A stretch of 32,000 bases of DNA. It comes from Mycobacterium phage Rosebush. The position numbers and the translations under genes are program-made. The stretch lies in sequence record NC_004684.1. One strand, written 5' to 3'. The notes below the pieces were generated by a model. That model was not told where the DNA came from, did not search any database, and saw only the letters and a list, made by a program, of their open reading frames with translations. This document shows positions 23,895 through 31,856 of the stretch, in pieces. How positions within the stretch are numbered: position 1 is the stretch's first letter; each line of letters opens with the position of its first letter.

Positions 23895-24406
23895 GGGCGC
23901 TCCTCGATTGGCCACTCGGCCACGACCCGGCCGTTGGTGTTGAACACGCGCACGGTGTCCTGGAACCGCCCGGCGGCACAGTCGCTGCACTTGCAGGTGT
24001 TGCGCACGTGCCGCCTGGCGGCCTTGCCCACCGGTGTGCGCCGGTCGGCGGCGATGTCCACCACCTGCGCGGCCAGCGGCCCCAACGGAGCACCGGGCGC
24101 GTCGTAGGCCTGCGCACAGGTCCTGCACCGCCAGCGCGCGCCGTTGTCGCACCAGCGCATGTCCATCAGCCGCACCACCCGGTCACATCCCGCGCACCAA
24201 TGCTCGACCACGGTGGGGGTCGGCCCGGTCAGGTCCCCCATGCGCGCCAGTCGCGCATTGACCCTTTCCTGCGCCGAGCTGCGCGGGGTGCGGGTGCGCA
24301 TCCTGCGATCCACGACGTAGGCCGCCGACCCGGTCACCACGCCCGCCACGGCGAGCTGGCTCTCGACCGGCCAGGAGGCGAACACCGCCAGCATGTCGCT
24401 CAGCAT
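23891..24406 (-). CDS. Protein with N-terminal hydrophobic segment and Cys-rich motifs
   Basis: HWCAGCDRVVRLMDMRWCDNGARWRCRTCAQAY. Confidence 0.55.
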   Translation of the reverse strand: MLSDMLAVFASWPVESQLAVAGVVTGSAAYVVDRRMRTRTPRSSAQERVNARLARMGDLTGPTPTVVEHWCAGCDRVVRLMDMRWCDNGARWRCRTCAQAYDAPGAPLGPLAAQVVDIAADRRTPVGKAARRHVRNTCKCSDCAAGRFQDTVRVFNTNGRVVAEWPIEERP

Positions 24407-24678
24407 GGCGCGGTGCCGGTGTAGGCGAACCAGAACGCCGCCACGGCGGCCAGGTCGGTGCCGGGCAGGTCCACCCCGATGCGGCGGCGCACGAACCGGC
24501 CCTTGTCAGCGTCGGTGTCCGGCCCCACGTGCGCGTTGTGCTGGCGGCGCTCGTGCCGCACCCGGACCTTGCCGCACGCGCCGCAGTATTGGACGGCGCA
24601 GGCGGGGGGTCTCGTCTCCAGCATCTGCCAGGCCTCGCACTCGTGGCGCGCGGCCCGGCGGCCCGTGCGGGCCTTCAC
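24400..24678 (-). CDS. Small protein with CGACGK zinc-type motif
   Basis: GTG overlapping upstream TGA; MKARTGRRAARHECEAW... Confidence 0.5.
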   Translation of the reverse strand: MKARTGRRAARHECEAWQMLETRPPACAVQYCGACGKVRVRHERRQHNAHVGPDTDADKGRFVRRRIGVDLPGTDLAAVAAFWFAYTGTAPC

Positions 24679-24983
24679 CGGGCCACCCCGAAGTTCTCCG
24701 GAACGAAGGTGTGACCGGGTCGCGCACCTTGCTCCTGGTGCACCGGGCACACCTCCACGCGCTCCCAGACGCGGCCTGGCAGGATGTGCTGATCGGCGTT
24801 GGCCTCGGCGTTGTAGGTGCACCCGCAGGCGGTGGCCACCTTCCGGGTGTACCTCGGCGGTGGCGGTTGCGTGGCCCGGTCCTCGGCGGCCTCCAGGGCC
24901 TCGGCAATGCGTTCGAGCGCGATCACCGCGCGTTCGGCCAGCGGTGCCAGGTCGGTCAGGTTGGGCATGCCGGGGAGCTTCAT
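24675..24983 (-). CDS. Hypothetical protein
   Basis: MKLPGMPNLTDLAPLAERAVIALERIAEAL... Confidence 0.5.
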   Translation of the reverse strand: MKLPGMPNLTDLAPLAERAVIALERIAEALEAAEDRATQPPPPRYTRKVATACGCTYNAEANADQHILPGRVWERVEVCPVHQEQGARPGHTFVPENFGVAR

Positions 24984-25291
24984 GCGTAGAACACTCCGTC
25001 CTTGCCTCGGTACACCTGGAACGACTCGCCGGGTTCGACCTCGGCCAGCATGCCGGGCAGTTCCTCGGGCAACACCGGGTGCAGGACGGTGACCAGCATG
25101 ATCGACCGCAGGCTGATCTCGCCGCGCCCGGTGCCGTCGACACCCTCGAACTCGACCAGCTGGTATGTCTCCACGCCGCGCACGGTGCGCAGGCCGGTCA
25201 CCCGGCGCACGTCGCCCATGCGCAGGGTCGAGGGGGCAGGTGCCAGGATGTCGCCTACCTCCAGCTTGGAGGCGTCGGTGATCACGGCCAT
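24980..25291 (-). CDS. Hypothetical protein
   Basis: MAVITDASKLEVGDILAPAPSTLRMGDVRRVTGL...; SD GAAAGGA. Confidence 0.6.
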   Translation of the reverse strand: MAVITDASKLEVGDILAPAPSTLRMGDVRRVTGLRTVRGVETYQLVEFEGVDGTGRGEISLRSIMLVTVLHPVLPEELPGMLAEVEPGESFQVYRGKDGVFYA

Positions 25292-25319
25292 GGTGGTGTG
25301 TTCCTTTCGGGGAGAGGTG

Positions 25320-25343
25320 CCCGGCGACCGGGTGGCCGCCGGG
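25320..25343 (-). other. Intercistronic 7 bp stem-loop
   Basis: cccggcg ... cgccggg, 10 nt loop. Confidence 0.45.
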
Positions 25344-25353
25344 TGGGGGTTGG

Positions 25354-25599
25354 TCAGGACTTGAAGATGGCGACCAGGAACTCGCCTCGGTGCGTGGCGT
25401 ACCAGGTGCCGGACACGGACTCACCGTCGATGTCCACGGCGGCGATGTCGGCCGGGAGCGCGATGCGCACCTCCTCGGCCTCCAGTTCATCGACCATCTC
25501 GGCCACGGCGTCGCACGCCTCGGCCAGTTCGACATGCGTGCTGTACACCTCGTGGCTGGTGGCGTCGGCCTCGGTGGTGATGACGGTGTAGAGACTCAC
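25354..25599 (-). CDS. Hypothetical protein
   Basis: GTG start, SD AAAGGA; MSLYTVITTEADATSHEVYSTH... Confidence 0.6.
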   Translation of the reverse strand: MSLYTVITTEADATSHEVYSTHVELAEACDAVAEMVDELEAEEVRIALPADIAAVDIDGESVSGTWYATHRGEFLVAIFKS

Positions 25600-25613
25600 G
25601 GGGTTCCTTTCCT

Positions 25614-25630
25614 GGCGGGTGCGTCCCGCC
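25614..25630 (-). promoter_or_regulatory. Leader stem-loop copy 3 (GGCGGG-ACGCA-CCCGCC)
   Basis: 11 nt downstream of the -10. Confidence 0.75.
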
Positions 25631-25641
25631 GTACAGGTTCA

Positions 25642-25670
25642 ACAATACGGGCCGGTGGCGGCATTGTCTC
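25642..25670 (-). promoter_or_regulatory. Promoter family copy P3: GAGACA-N17-TATTGT
   Basis: GGAGACAATGCCGCC...CCGTATTGT. Confidence 0.75.
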
Positions 25671-25696
25671 CGCAACGCCGCCACCGGTCGACGCGG

Positions 25697-25963
25697 CTAC
25701 AGTTCGCCGCGCTCGTGCATCCGGCCCAGCGACTGGGTGTACTCGGTCAGCCACCCGGCCAGGTCGGCGGGGTTGGTGGCCTCGGCGTACACCTGGCCGT
25801 TCGCGTCGGCGATCAGCCACACCTCGCCATTGAACAGCAGGGCCATGGCGGCGGTGTCGGGATTCGACAGCTGCGCCGGGTCGATTTCCGGCAGCACCGC
25901 CGCCGGGCCGCCGCCCTCGGCGGCGTAGGTGGCGGCCAGGTGAATGGTGGTGGCGTTCGACAT
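25697..25963 (-). CDS. Hypothetical protein
   Basis: MSNATTIHLAATYAAEGGG...; SD GAAAGGA. Confidence 0.6.
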   Translation of the reverse strand: MSNATTIHLAATYAAEGGGPAAVLPEIDPAQLSNPDTAAMALLFNGEVWLIADANGQVYAEATNPADLAGWLTEYTQSLGRMHERGEL

Positions 25964-25982
25964 GGTGTGTCCTTTCTCAGGT

Positions 25983-25999
25983 GGCGGGTCCGTCCCGCC
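25983..25999 (-). promoter_or_regulatory. Leader stem-loop copy 4
   Basis: GGCGGG-ACGGA-CCCGCC. Confidence 0.75.
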
Positions 26000-26010
26000 G
26001 TACATGCACC

Positions 26011-26039
26011 ACAATACGGGACACCGGCGGCATTGTCTC
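26011..26039 (-). promoter_or_regulatory. Promoter family copy P4: GAGACA-N17-TATTGT
   Basis: GAGACAATGCCGCC...CCGTATTGT. Confidence 0.75.
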
Positions 26040-26061
26040 GCCGCCGGTGCTCGCGTGCCAC

Positions 26062-26487
26062 CTAGTCGATGTCGCCGCGCAGGCGGCGGCGCTCGATGCG
26101 CGCCAGCAGTGACGTGCAGGCGCTGGCGTGCCGCTGGTTGGTCCGGGTGCGGCAGCACTCGCGCAGCTGGGACGCCTCGGTGGTCGAGGCGTCCCGCCCG
26201 CACACCACGCACTTGGGCCAGTCGAACCCCCCGGAGGTGTCGGCGAAGTAGCAGGTGTGCGCCTGCACGCCATTGGCGTCGGTGCCGTGGGCAGGCCGGG
26301 CCCCGGCCACCTCCGACCACGGCTGAGGCAGGAATCCGCCACGGGCGAACCAGGCGTCCAGCTCCAGCACCATGCGCGCCAGCTCGGCCCCGTCGGCAGG
26401 CGGGTCGCCTTGCAGGCGGTTTTCGTCCTCGCGCAGCACGTTCTGCGCCTCATCCACCAGCTGCGCCACCAGGGCGTCAGGATCCAT
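26062..26487 (-). CDS. Cys/His-containing protein
   Basis: MDPDALVAQLVDEAQNVLRED...CYFADTSGGFDWPKCVVCGR...ECCRTRTNQRHASAC. Confidence 0.55.
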   Translation of the reverse strand: MDPDALVAQLVDEAQNVLREDENRLQGDPPADGAELARMVLELDAWFARGGFLPQPWSEVAGARPAHGTDANGVQAHTCYFADTSGGFDWPKCVVCGRDASTTEASQLRECCRTRTNQRHASACTSLLARIERRRLRGDID

Positions 26488-26638
26488 CTCGAACCACCTC
26501 TATCGCGGGGTGCGGGCCACGGCACCCGCCGGGCCTGGTGCACCGGATGTAACCGTCGGTGTACACCATGAGCCACCCGCACCCGCCGCGCACAATCGCG
26601 ACGGGGACGGGGGCCACGGGGTTGAGCGGGGTGGGCAT
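26477..26638 (-). CDS. 53 aa hypothetical protein
   Basis: MPTPLNPVAPVPVAIVRGGCGWLMVYTDGYIRCTRPGGCRGPHPAIEVVRDGS*; overlaps adjacent genes. Confidence 0.45.
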   Translation of the reverse strand: MPTPLNPVAPVPVAIVRGGCGWLMVYTDGYIRCTRPGGCRGPHPAIEVVRDGS

Positions 26639-26639
26639 G

Positions 26640-26852
26640 TCAGCCCACCGCCACCCACTGCTGCACGGTCGCCAGCGCGTCGTCGTAGCTGGCGCTGGCG
26701 AACATGGCGTCGGTGAACTCGTTGCACGCCTCGCCGTGCCCGGCCTTGCGCAGGGCTCGCGTGACCCGGCCGATGATGGCGAACACGTTGCCGTCCTGGC
26801 CAACCAGCGCCACCTCGACATCGGGGTAGCGCGGCTGGTCCTGCCCGCTCAT
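26640..26852 (-). CDS. Hypothetical protein
   Basis: MSGQDQPRYPDVEVALVGQDGNVFAIIGRVTRALRKAG...; ATGA overlap. Confidence 0.65.
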   Translation of the reverse strand: MSGQDQPRYPDVEVALVGQDGNVFAIIGRVTRALRKAGHGEACNEFTDAMFASASYDDALATVQQWVAVG

Positions 26853-27343
26853 GCGGTGGCCTTCAGCAGGTCCAGGCGCTGCTCCAGCGCCGCGCGGGCC
26901 TCCGCGATCTCATCGCCGGAGGCCTCCAGCACAGCGCGCGCCAGCCTGCGCACCTCGTCGTCGCGGTCCATCAGGAGCGGCACCGGGCCCTTGCCCTCGC
27001 GCTGCGCCCAGGTGCGCAGTCCGAAGGCCTCGTAGTCCTGCCAGCGCTCCGGGAGGTGGCCGTTGGCGACCGCCTCGAGCACTTCGTCGTAGCGGCGGGA
27101 CTTGGTGTCCCAGTCAGCCTGGTCGCTGGCCAGCAGCTCGTCCAGCTTGGCCTTGTCGGCCGGAATCGACACCTTGCCGTTGCGGTCGGCCACCGCGCCG
27201 AGGCGCTTGCTGGCGACGCGCACGAAGGCGGCGTAGGCCTGTGTGACATCAGGATCATGGGTGAACTCGCCCAGGTGGAAATCGGCCACGGGGGTCGACT
27301 TGCGGTAGTCGGCCACATCGTCGTGGGTGCTGGGACGTGCCAT
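26849..27343 (-). CDS. Hypothetical protein
   Basis: MARPSTHDDVADYRKSTPVADFHL...; SD AAGGAG. Confidence 0.65.
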   Translation of the reverse strand: MARPSTHDDVADYRKSTPVADFHLGEFTHDPDVTQAYAAFVRVASKRLGAVADRNGKVSIPADKAKLDELLASDQADWDTKSRRYDEVLEAVANGHLPERWQDYEAFGLRTWAQREGKGPVPLLMDRDDEVRRLARAVLEASGDEIAEARAALEQRLDLLKATA

Positions 27344-27371
27344 GGTGGTTCTCCTTGTGGTTGTGGTTGGT

Positions 27372-27399
27372 GCCTGCCCGGCGGGGTTGCCGGGCAGGC
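27372..27399 (-). other. Intercistronic stem-loop, 11 bp perfect stem, 6 nt loop
   Basis: gcctgcccggc-ggggtt-gccgggcaggc. Confidence 0.8.
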
Positions 27400-27409
27400 G
27401 GGGGAGCTT

Positions 27410-27631
27410 TCAGGCCGACCGGGTGTCGGTGATGGTGTAGCGGGCCTCCGGGGTCTCGCCCCGGAACAGGATCCCGGCCATGCCGTTGCCACGGCGGGCC
27501 AGGCCCTGGCCGGTGACGAAGCCGACCAGCGCGCGGCGCGCGCCGACGATGGTGGCGTGCTCGGTGGTGCGCACGTGGCCGGTGGCCGGGAACGCGATGC
27601 GCAGGATGACCGCGCCGGAAGTTATGGACAT
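27410..27631 (-). CDS. Hypothetical protein
   Basis: MSITSGAVILRIAFPATGHVRTTEHATIVGARRALVGF... Confidence 0.55.
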   Translation of the reverse strand: MSITSGAVILRIAFPATGHVRTTEHATIVGARRALVGFVTGQGLARRGNGMAGILFRGETPEARYTITDTRSA

Positions 27632-27652
27632 GGGGACCGCCTAACGGTTGGT

Positions 27653-27670
27653 GGCGGCTACCGTGCCGCC
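27653..27670 (-). promoter_or_regulatory. Leader stem-loop copy 5, compensatory variant (GGCGGC-ACGGTA-GCCGCC)
   Basis: Sixth base pair changed from G-C to C-G relative to other copies. Confidence 0.75.
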
Positions 27671-27681
27671 GTGCAAGCACT

Positions 27682-27710
27682 ACATTACGGCGACCCGGCG
27701 GCATTGTCTC
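27682..27710 (-). promoter_or_regulatory. Promoter family copy P5: GAGACA-N17-TAATGT
   Basis: GGAGACAATGCCGCC...CCGTAATGT. Confidence 0.75.
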
Positions 27711-27740
27711 CGGGTAGAGGCCATTCCGCCGGGCACCGGC

Positions 27741-28271
27741 TCAGACTCCGAACCAGGTTGCGCGCCGGGTCGACTCGACGCGGCCGAACGGCCCCATCTT
27801 CTCGGCCACCGGCGGCTCGTTGCCGGGCGTCGGCCCGAGCAGCTTGTCCACGACCATCAGGTACAGGCTTGGCCAGTTGGCCTCACCGATGAACTCCAGC
27901 AGGCCGTTCCAGTTGAACCGGGAGGTGGTCTCCCCGGTGACCGCCCAGCGCACCGAGCGGCCGACGCGCCAGCCGATGGCGGCGTAGCGGTACTCCCGAC
28001 CGGACTGGTACTTCGTGAACGACACGACAGCGTGGTCGCCTTCGCCGCCCAGTTCCGGCATTCGGGGGCGCGAGGCCTCCAGCTGCGCCTGCGCCAGCAG
28101 GGCGGCCTGGCGTCGCAGCTCGCGGGCGTGGCGCTCGGCCTCCTCGGCCGCTGCCATCAGGTCCATCGGCCTGCGCGGCGCGGCGGTGGTTACCGCCTCG
28201 GACGCCATCAGCTTCGCCTGTTCGCGGTCCTGGTCGAACTGCACGTCTTCGGGGGTTTCGTCGGTGTACAT
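27741..28271 (-). CDS. Hypothetical protein
   Basis: MYTDETPEDVQFDQDREQAKLMASEAV... Confidence 0.6.
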   Translation of the reverse strand: MYTDETPEDVQFDQDREQAKLMASEAVTTAAPRRPMDLMAAAEEAERHARELRRQAALLAQAQLEASRPRMPELGGEGDHAVVSFTKYQSGREYRYAAIGWRVGRSVRWAVTGETTSRFNWNGLLEFIGEANWPSLYLMVVDKLLGPTPGNEPPVAEKMGPFGRVESTRRATWFGV

Positions 28272-28305
28272 GGTTCTCCTGTGGTTGTGGTTGTCGTGCG
28301 GGAGG

Positions 28306-28339
28306 CGGTGCCGGGCCACCGTACGATGACCCGGCACCG
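28306..28339 (-). other. Intercistronic stem-loop, 10 bp stem, 14 nt loop
   Basis: cggtgccggg ... cccggcaccg. Confidence 0.7.
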
Positions 28340-28347
28340 GGCGGCCA

Positions 28348-29418
28348 CTAGTTTGCGGCCGACAGCAGGGTGAAGGCCTTGGCCTTCGTGTCCGCGACCG
28401 TGGTGCTGGTGATGGTGCGGATGGCGCGGCGCACGCTGTCGGTGCCACGTGCGCGCGTGGCGGCCTTCATCGGGCCCAGCGGTGCCAGGTGGTCCAGGTA
28501 CCGGGTAACGGCGTTGTACGCGCCGAACTGGGTGCCGTACCACATGGCCACGGTGTCGTCCTTGCGGTAGACCTCCATCACCTTGGCGGCGGTCTCCAGG
28601 CGCTTGCCGCGCTTGACCTCGGTGTCGGCGGTGTCGGCCTCGAACACCTCGTTGAGCGCCTTGCGCACCCACTCGTCGTCGCGCTCGCGCTGTGCCATGG
28701 CCTCGAACTCGGTGCGCATGGTCTCGTCCAGCTTGAACGTCAGGCCCAGGATGCGGCGCACCTCTTCCAGGCGCACGTCGGCGTTGCCGGTGTGCCGGAT
28801 CGACACCTGGGACACGGCGTTGGCCTCGGCCAGGCGCTGGGTGTTGGCGCACACCACCCGAACGGGGGAGATGACCGCGCGCAGTGCGCCCTGGCCGTCG
28901 TGGTGGTTGAACACCGCCAGGTACAGCTTGGTCACGTCCTTGAACCCGGTCGGCGCGGTCAGCTCCATGTGGTCCGGCATCAGCATGGTGACGAAGGTGC
29001 GCCGCCCGCCGTCCAGGGCACCGATGGTCTCGATGTGCGCGCCGGACTGGTCGCAGATGTTGTAGAGCAGGCCGGTGGTGGCCTCGTTCTGGAACGGCTG
29101 CCACCAGGCACCGATGACGCCCAGCGGCTCGGCGGCCTTGGTGACCGGGTTGGTGCGCAGGATCGTGTACCGGCCCGGTACGTCGACCAGTTGCGGTTCC
29201 GGCTGAACCTCCAGCTCGTTGCCGTCGGCGTCGTGGCGCACCGCGATGTCGGCGCGCAGCGGCACCTTGCGTACGTCCCAGTCGAGCATGTTGGCGGCCG
29301 CCAGGGCCTCCATCGGGTCCATCTTGTGGCCGACCTGCTGGCCGAGCTGGTGCCAGGCGTCGGTCTGGCTGTCGGCGAAGCTGACCACGCCGTTGGTGCT
29401 GTCGAGTTCGTGGGCCAT
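28348..29418 (-). CDS. DUF932 (phage/plasmid-like, TIGR03299-type) protein
   Basis: SFADSQTDAWHQLGQQV...YTILRTNPVTKAAEPLGVIGAWWQPFQNEATTGLLYNI...VCANTQRLA. Confidence 0.72.
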   Translation of the reverse strand: MAHELDSTNGVVSFADSQTDAWHQLGQQVGHKMDPMEALAAANMLDWDVRKVPLRADIAVRHDADGNELEVQPEPQLVDVPGRYTILRTNPVTKAAEPLGVIGAWWQPFQNEATTGLLYNICDQSGAHIETIGALDGGRRTFVTMLMPDHMELTAPTGFKDVTKLYLAVFNHHDGQGALRAVISPVRVVCANTQRLAEANAVSQVSIRHTGNADVRLEEVRRILGLTFKLDETMRTEFEAMAQRERDDEWVRKALNEVFEADTADTEVKRGKRLETAAKVMEVYRKDDTVAMWYGTQFGAYNAVTRYLDHLAPLGPMKAATRARGTDSVRRAIRTITSTTVADTKAKAFTLLSAAN

Positions 29419-29457
29419 GGTGTCCTCCTTGGTAGGCGGGTGGTTGTGGTGGGGTGG

Positions 29458-29484
29458 TGCGCGTTGTCCGGTCGCGCCCCCGGG
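29458..29484 (-). repeat. Dispersed intergenic repeat with small stem-loop, copy B
   Basis: tgcgcgttgtccggtcgcgcccccggg; two internal mismatches to 12321-12347 plus a diverging last base. Confidence 0.6.
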
Positions 29485-29492
29485 TACCGAAA

Positions 29493-29750
29493 TCAGTGGG
29501 TCTTGGCGGCGACCCAGGTGGCGGCGGTGAGCGCCTGGCGGGCGGTGGCCCGGTTCAGGTCGATGACCGCGACGCGGGTCTGCGGCTCGCCAGCGGCGTT
29601 GGTGGTGTGGCCATAGGCGACCTCGTGGCTGAGGTCGTCCCAGGAGATGACCGCCGCCAGTTCGTCCTGCGCGGTGATCATGCCGTCGAGCAGGGTGGCG
29701 TCGTCCGCGTCGAGGTCCAGGGTGTTGGTGGGGGTGACGATGGTGATCAT
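29493..29750 (-). CDS. Hypothetical protein
   Basis: MITIVTPTNTLDLDADDATLLDGMITAQDEL...; upstream ORF extension lies in the leader. Confidence 0.6.
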   Translation of the reverse strand: MITIVTPTNTLDLDADDATLLDGMITAQDELAAVISWDDLSHEVAYGHTTNAAGEPQTRVAVIDLNRATARQALTAATWVAAKTH

Positions 29751-29763
29751 TTCTGCCTTCCCT

Positions 29764-29780
29764 GGCGGGTCCGTCCCGCC
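29764..29780 (-). promoter_or_regulatory. Leader stem-loop copy 6
   Basis: GGCGGG-ACGGA-CCCGCC. Confidence 0.75.
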
Positions 29781-29791
29781 GTACACGAACG

Positions 29792-29820
29792 ACATTACGT
29801 CAGAGACGCGGCGTTGTCTC
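29792..29820 (-). promoter_or_regulatory. Promoter family copy P6: GAGACA-N17-TAATGT
   Basis: GGAGACAACGCCGCG...ACGTAATGT. Confidence 0.75.
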
Positions 29821-29822
29821 CA

Positions 29823-29969
29823 CTACGCGAGCGGCCACAGAAACGCCGCTCCCAGGAACCCGGCAATGGCCACGGTTCCCCAGAACGCGACGGCGGCCTC
29901 GCTGTGCACCACGGCCAGCGCCAGGCAGGCCACGATGGCGGCCCCCAGGGCCACCAGGGCGACGGTCAT
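29823..29969 (-). CDS. 48 aa small membrane protein
   Basis: MTVALVALGAAIVACLALAVVHSEAAVAFWGTVAIAGFLGAAFLWPLA*; ATGA overlap. Confidence 0.6.
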   Translation of the reverse strand: MTVALVALGAAIVACLALAVVHSEAAVAFWGTVAIAGFLGAAFLWPLA

Positions 29970-30103
29970 CGCGGACCCCCACCCAGGCGCTGCCAGAACG
30001 CGAGTTCGCGCGCCAGGCGCTGCGCTGGCGTGCGGCGCGCGGCCACCGTGCGCCGGTACCAGGCCCGGCAGGCCGGGTCCGGCAGGTGCGGGATGCTGTT
30101 CAT
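29966..30103 (-). CDS. 45 aa basic protein
   Basis: MNSIPHLPDPACRAWYRRTVAARRTPAQRLARELAFWQRLGGGPR*; SD AGGAGG. Confidence 0.55.
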   Translation of the reverse strand: MNSIPHLPDPACRAWYRRTVAARRTPAQRLARELAFWQRLGGGPR

Positions 30104-30432
30104 GCGATGCCTCCTGGAAGTTCGGTGTGCAGCGCGGTGGCGTACCCGTAGTAATACCGCAGGTCAGCCGCCATGGCCTCGGTCATGAGCCGCACGGCGG
30201 CGTCCTGGTTGGCGTCCAGCCACGCGCGCAGCTCCGGTCCCGACCTACCCGGTCCCGAGTAGGCCTGCGCCAGCAGGCGCTTCTTGCGCTCGATGCGCGC
30301 CAGCTCGGCCTGGTGGGCGAAAAACGCCACGAAGTTGGCCTCGCGGGCGTTGGCCGCCGCGCGCCGGTGGGCGCGCGCACGGCGACCGATGCCGTGCACC
30401 GGGCAGGTGACCCGGAGGCACCGGCGGCTCAC
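30100..30432 (-). CDS. Hypothetical protein
   Basis: GTG overlapping upstream TGA; MSRRCLRVTCPVHGIGRRARAHRRAAAN... Confidence 0.55.
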   Translation of the reverse strand: MSRRCLRVTCPVHGIGRRARAHRRAAANAREANFVAFFAHQAELARIERKKRLLAQAYSGPGRSGPELRAWLDANQDAAVRLMTEAMAADLRYYYGYATALHTELPGGIA

Positions 30433-30791
30433 AGGTGCACCGCATGCGAGCGCAGGGTCGCGTCGTCGCCGTTGAGCGCGGCGCGCAGGTTGGCCACCAG
30501 GGCCGCCGCACCGGGCACGTCCGGCCCGGTCTCGACCAGGTGGTCCAGCTCGGCCTGGACCTTGGCCCGGCAGGCCTCCAGGTCGCTGGCCAGTGCAACG
30601 GCGGCCTTGGCGTCGGCCAGGGTGTTGGCGTTGGTCAGCCAGACCCCGTCGTACGTGGTACGCCACATCCACTCCGACGAGTGGATGATGCCTTCGCGGA
30701 CGCGACGCGTGCTGGCGAAGTGGTCGCCGGTGTCGTTGGTCCAGTGACCGGGTTGCTGGCAGATCCAGCCGGTGGTGGTGGTGGTGGCCAT
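30429..30791 (-). CDS. Hypothetical protein
   Basis: MATTTTTGWICQQPGHWTNDTGDHFAS...; SD AAGGAGAG. Confidence 0.6.
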   Translation of the reverse strand: MATTTTTGWICQQPGHWTNDTGDHFASTRRVREGIIHSSEWMWRTTYDGVWLTNANTLADAKAAVALASDLEACRAKVQAELDHLVETGPDVPGAAALVANLRAALNGDDATLRSHAVHL

Positions 30792-30793
30792 GG

Positions 30794-30985
30794 TCAGCTC
30801 TCCTTGCTCTCGATGGCGACAACTTGGGACTCGTGCACGATCAGCGTGCTCAGCGCGGCGTCGTCCCAGCGGACGGCCACGTTGCGGGTGCCCGACGGCA
30901 GCGGCGCGTAGTAGCGCTCGAACGTCCCGGTGACGCCGGGGCGGGCGGCCAGGGCGACGCGGGTGTTGGGGGTGAAGTCCGGCAT
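30794..30985 (-). CDS. Hypothetical protein
   Basis: MPDFTPNTRVALAARPGVTGTFERYYAPL...; SD GAGGAGG. Confidence 0.6.
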   Translation of the reverse strand: MPDFTPNTRVALAARPGVTGTFERYYAPLPSGTRNVAVRWDDAALSTLIVHESQVVAIESKES

Positions 30986-31002
30986 GGTGTCCTCCTCGGG
31001 CT

Positions 31003-31019
31003 GGCGGGTCCGTCCCGCC
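31003..31019 (-). promoter_or_regulatory. Leader stem-loop copy 7
   Basis: GGCGGG-ACGGA-CCCGCC. Confidence 0.75.
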
Positions 31020-31030
31020 GTACAGGTACG

Positions 31031-31059
31031 ACTTTACGTCAGGGTGGCGGCGTTGTCTC
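31031..31059 (-). promoter_or_regulatory. Promoter family copy P7: GAGACA-N17-TAAAGT
   Basis: GGAGACAACGCCGCC...ACGTAAAGT. Confidence 0.7.
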
Positions 31060-31062
31060 CAC

Positions 31063-31081
31063 GCCGCCACCCGGTGGCGGC
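31063..31081 (-). other. 8 bp stem-loop at the end of the upstream gene, just before promoter P7
   Basis: gccgccac-ccg-gtggcggc, touching the stop codon. Confidence 0.5.
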
Positions 31082-31836
31082 TAGGCCTTGGCGGCGGCCT
31101 CGCGGGCCGCCTTCAGCGCGGCCCGGCGGGCACGGCGGTAGGCGTTGTGCGCCTCACCGGAATTGCGCCACACGATCTTGCCGTCGCGCACGACCTGGTT
31201 CTTGGCCAGCTTGGTGCCTGCGGCCTTGGTGGCCACGATGGCCTCGGCGGCGGCCCGGTCACCGGCGGTGCCCAGGTCTTCCCACCCGGCGGCGGTCTTG
31301 CGCTGCGCGGCGAACTCGGTGACGGTCTTGCGCACCACCCGGTACAGCACCCCGGCGACCTCGGCGCGGTACTCGCCGCCCTTGTGGCTGCGGAACTTCG
31401 GGGTCTCGACGGTGGCCTCGGCCTTGTCCTCCTCGGTGGCGGCCTCGACCGCGCTGGCCAGCACGTCAGCGCCGGTGGCGACCTTCGGCGCGGCCTTCGG
31501 CGCGGCCTTGGCGGCCACAACCTCGGCGAAGGCCTCCGGCGCGATCTCGCCCCAGCCGTCGACCTCGGGGTGCCAGTCGCCCAGCTTGCCCGCCACGGCG
31601 GTGATCCTGACCGGCACCACGATGGCCTGGCCACCGAGCTGCTGCGCACGCTTCGCGCCGTACCCGGTGCGGGCGTTGGCCTCGGCGGCCAGCGAACTCT
31701 TGTGCCAGGTGTGCACGAAGGCCTCGCCGTCGGCCTGCACGATGATCGTGGCGGCGATGTACGGCATGGTGCCGGACGTGCGGGTCACGGTCTCGCCGTT
31801 CGGCAGGTCAACGGTGAAGGTGAACTTGGCGGCCAT
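31081..31836 (-). CDS. Hypothetical protein
   Basis: MAAKFTFTVDLPNGETVTRTSGTMPYIAATIIVQ...; SD GAAAGGA. Confidence 0.65.
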   Translation of the reverse strand: MAAKFTFTVDLPNGETVTRTSGTMPYIAATIIVQADGEAFVHTWHKSSLAAEANARTGYGAKRAQQLGGQAIVVPVRITAVAGKLGDWHPEVDGWGEIAPEAFAEVVAAKAAPKAAPKVATGADVLASAVEAATEEDKAEATVETPKFRSHKGGEYRAEVAGVLYRVVRKTVTEFAAQRKTAAGWEDLGTAGDRAAAEAIVATKAAGTKLAKNQVVRDGKIVWRNSGEAHNAYRRARRAALKAAREAAAKA

Positions 31837-31856
31837 GGTGGTTCCTTTCTCAGGTG

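Noticed and set aside
28489-29616. + strand ORF opposite the DUF932-like gene
   Set aside because: The opposite strand encodes a clear DUF932-like protein with SD and start.
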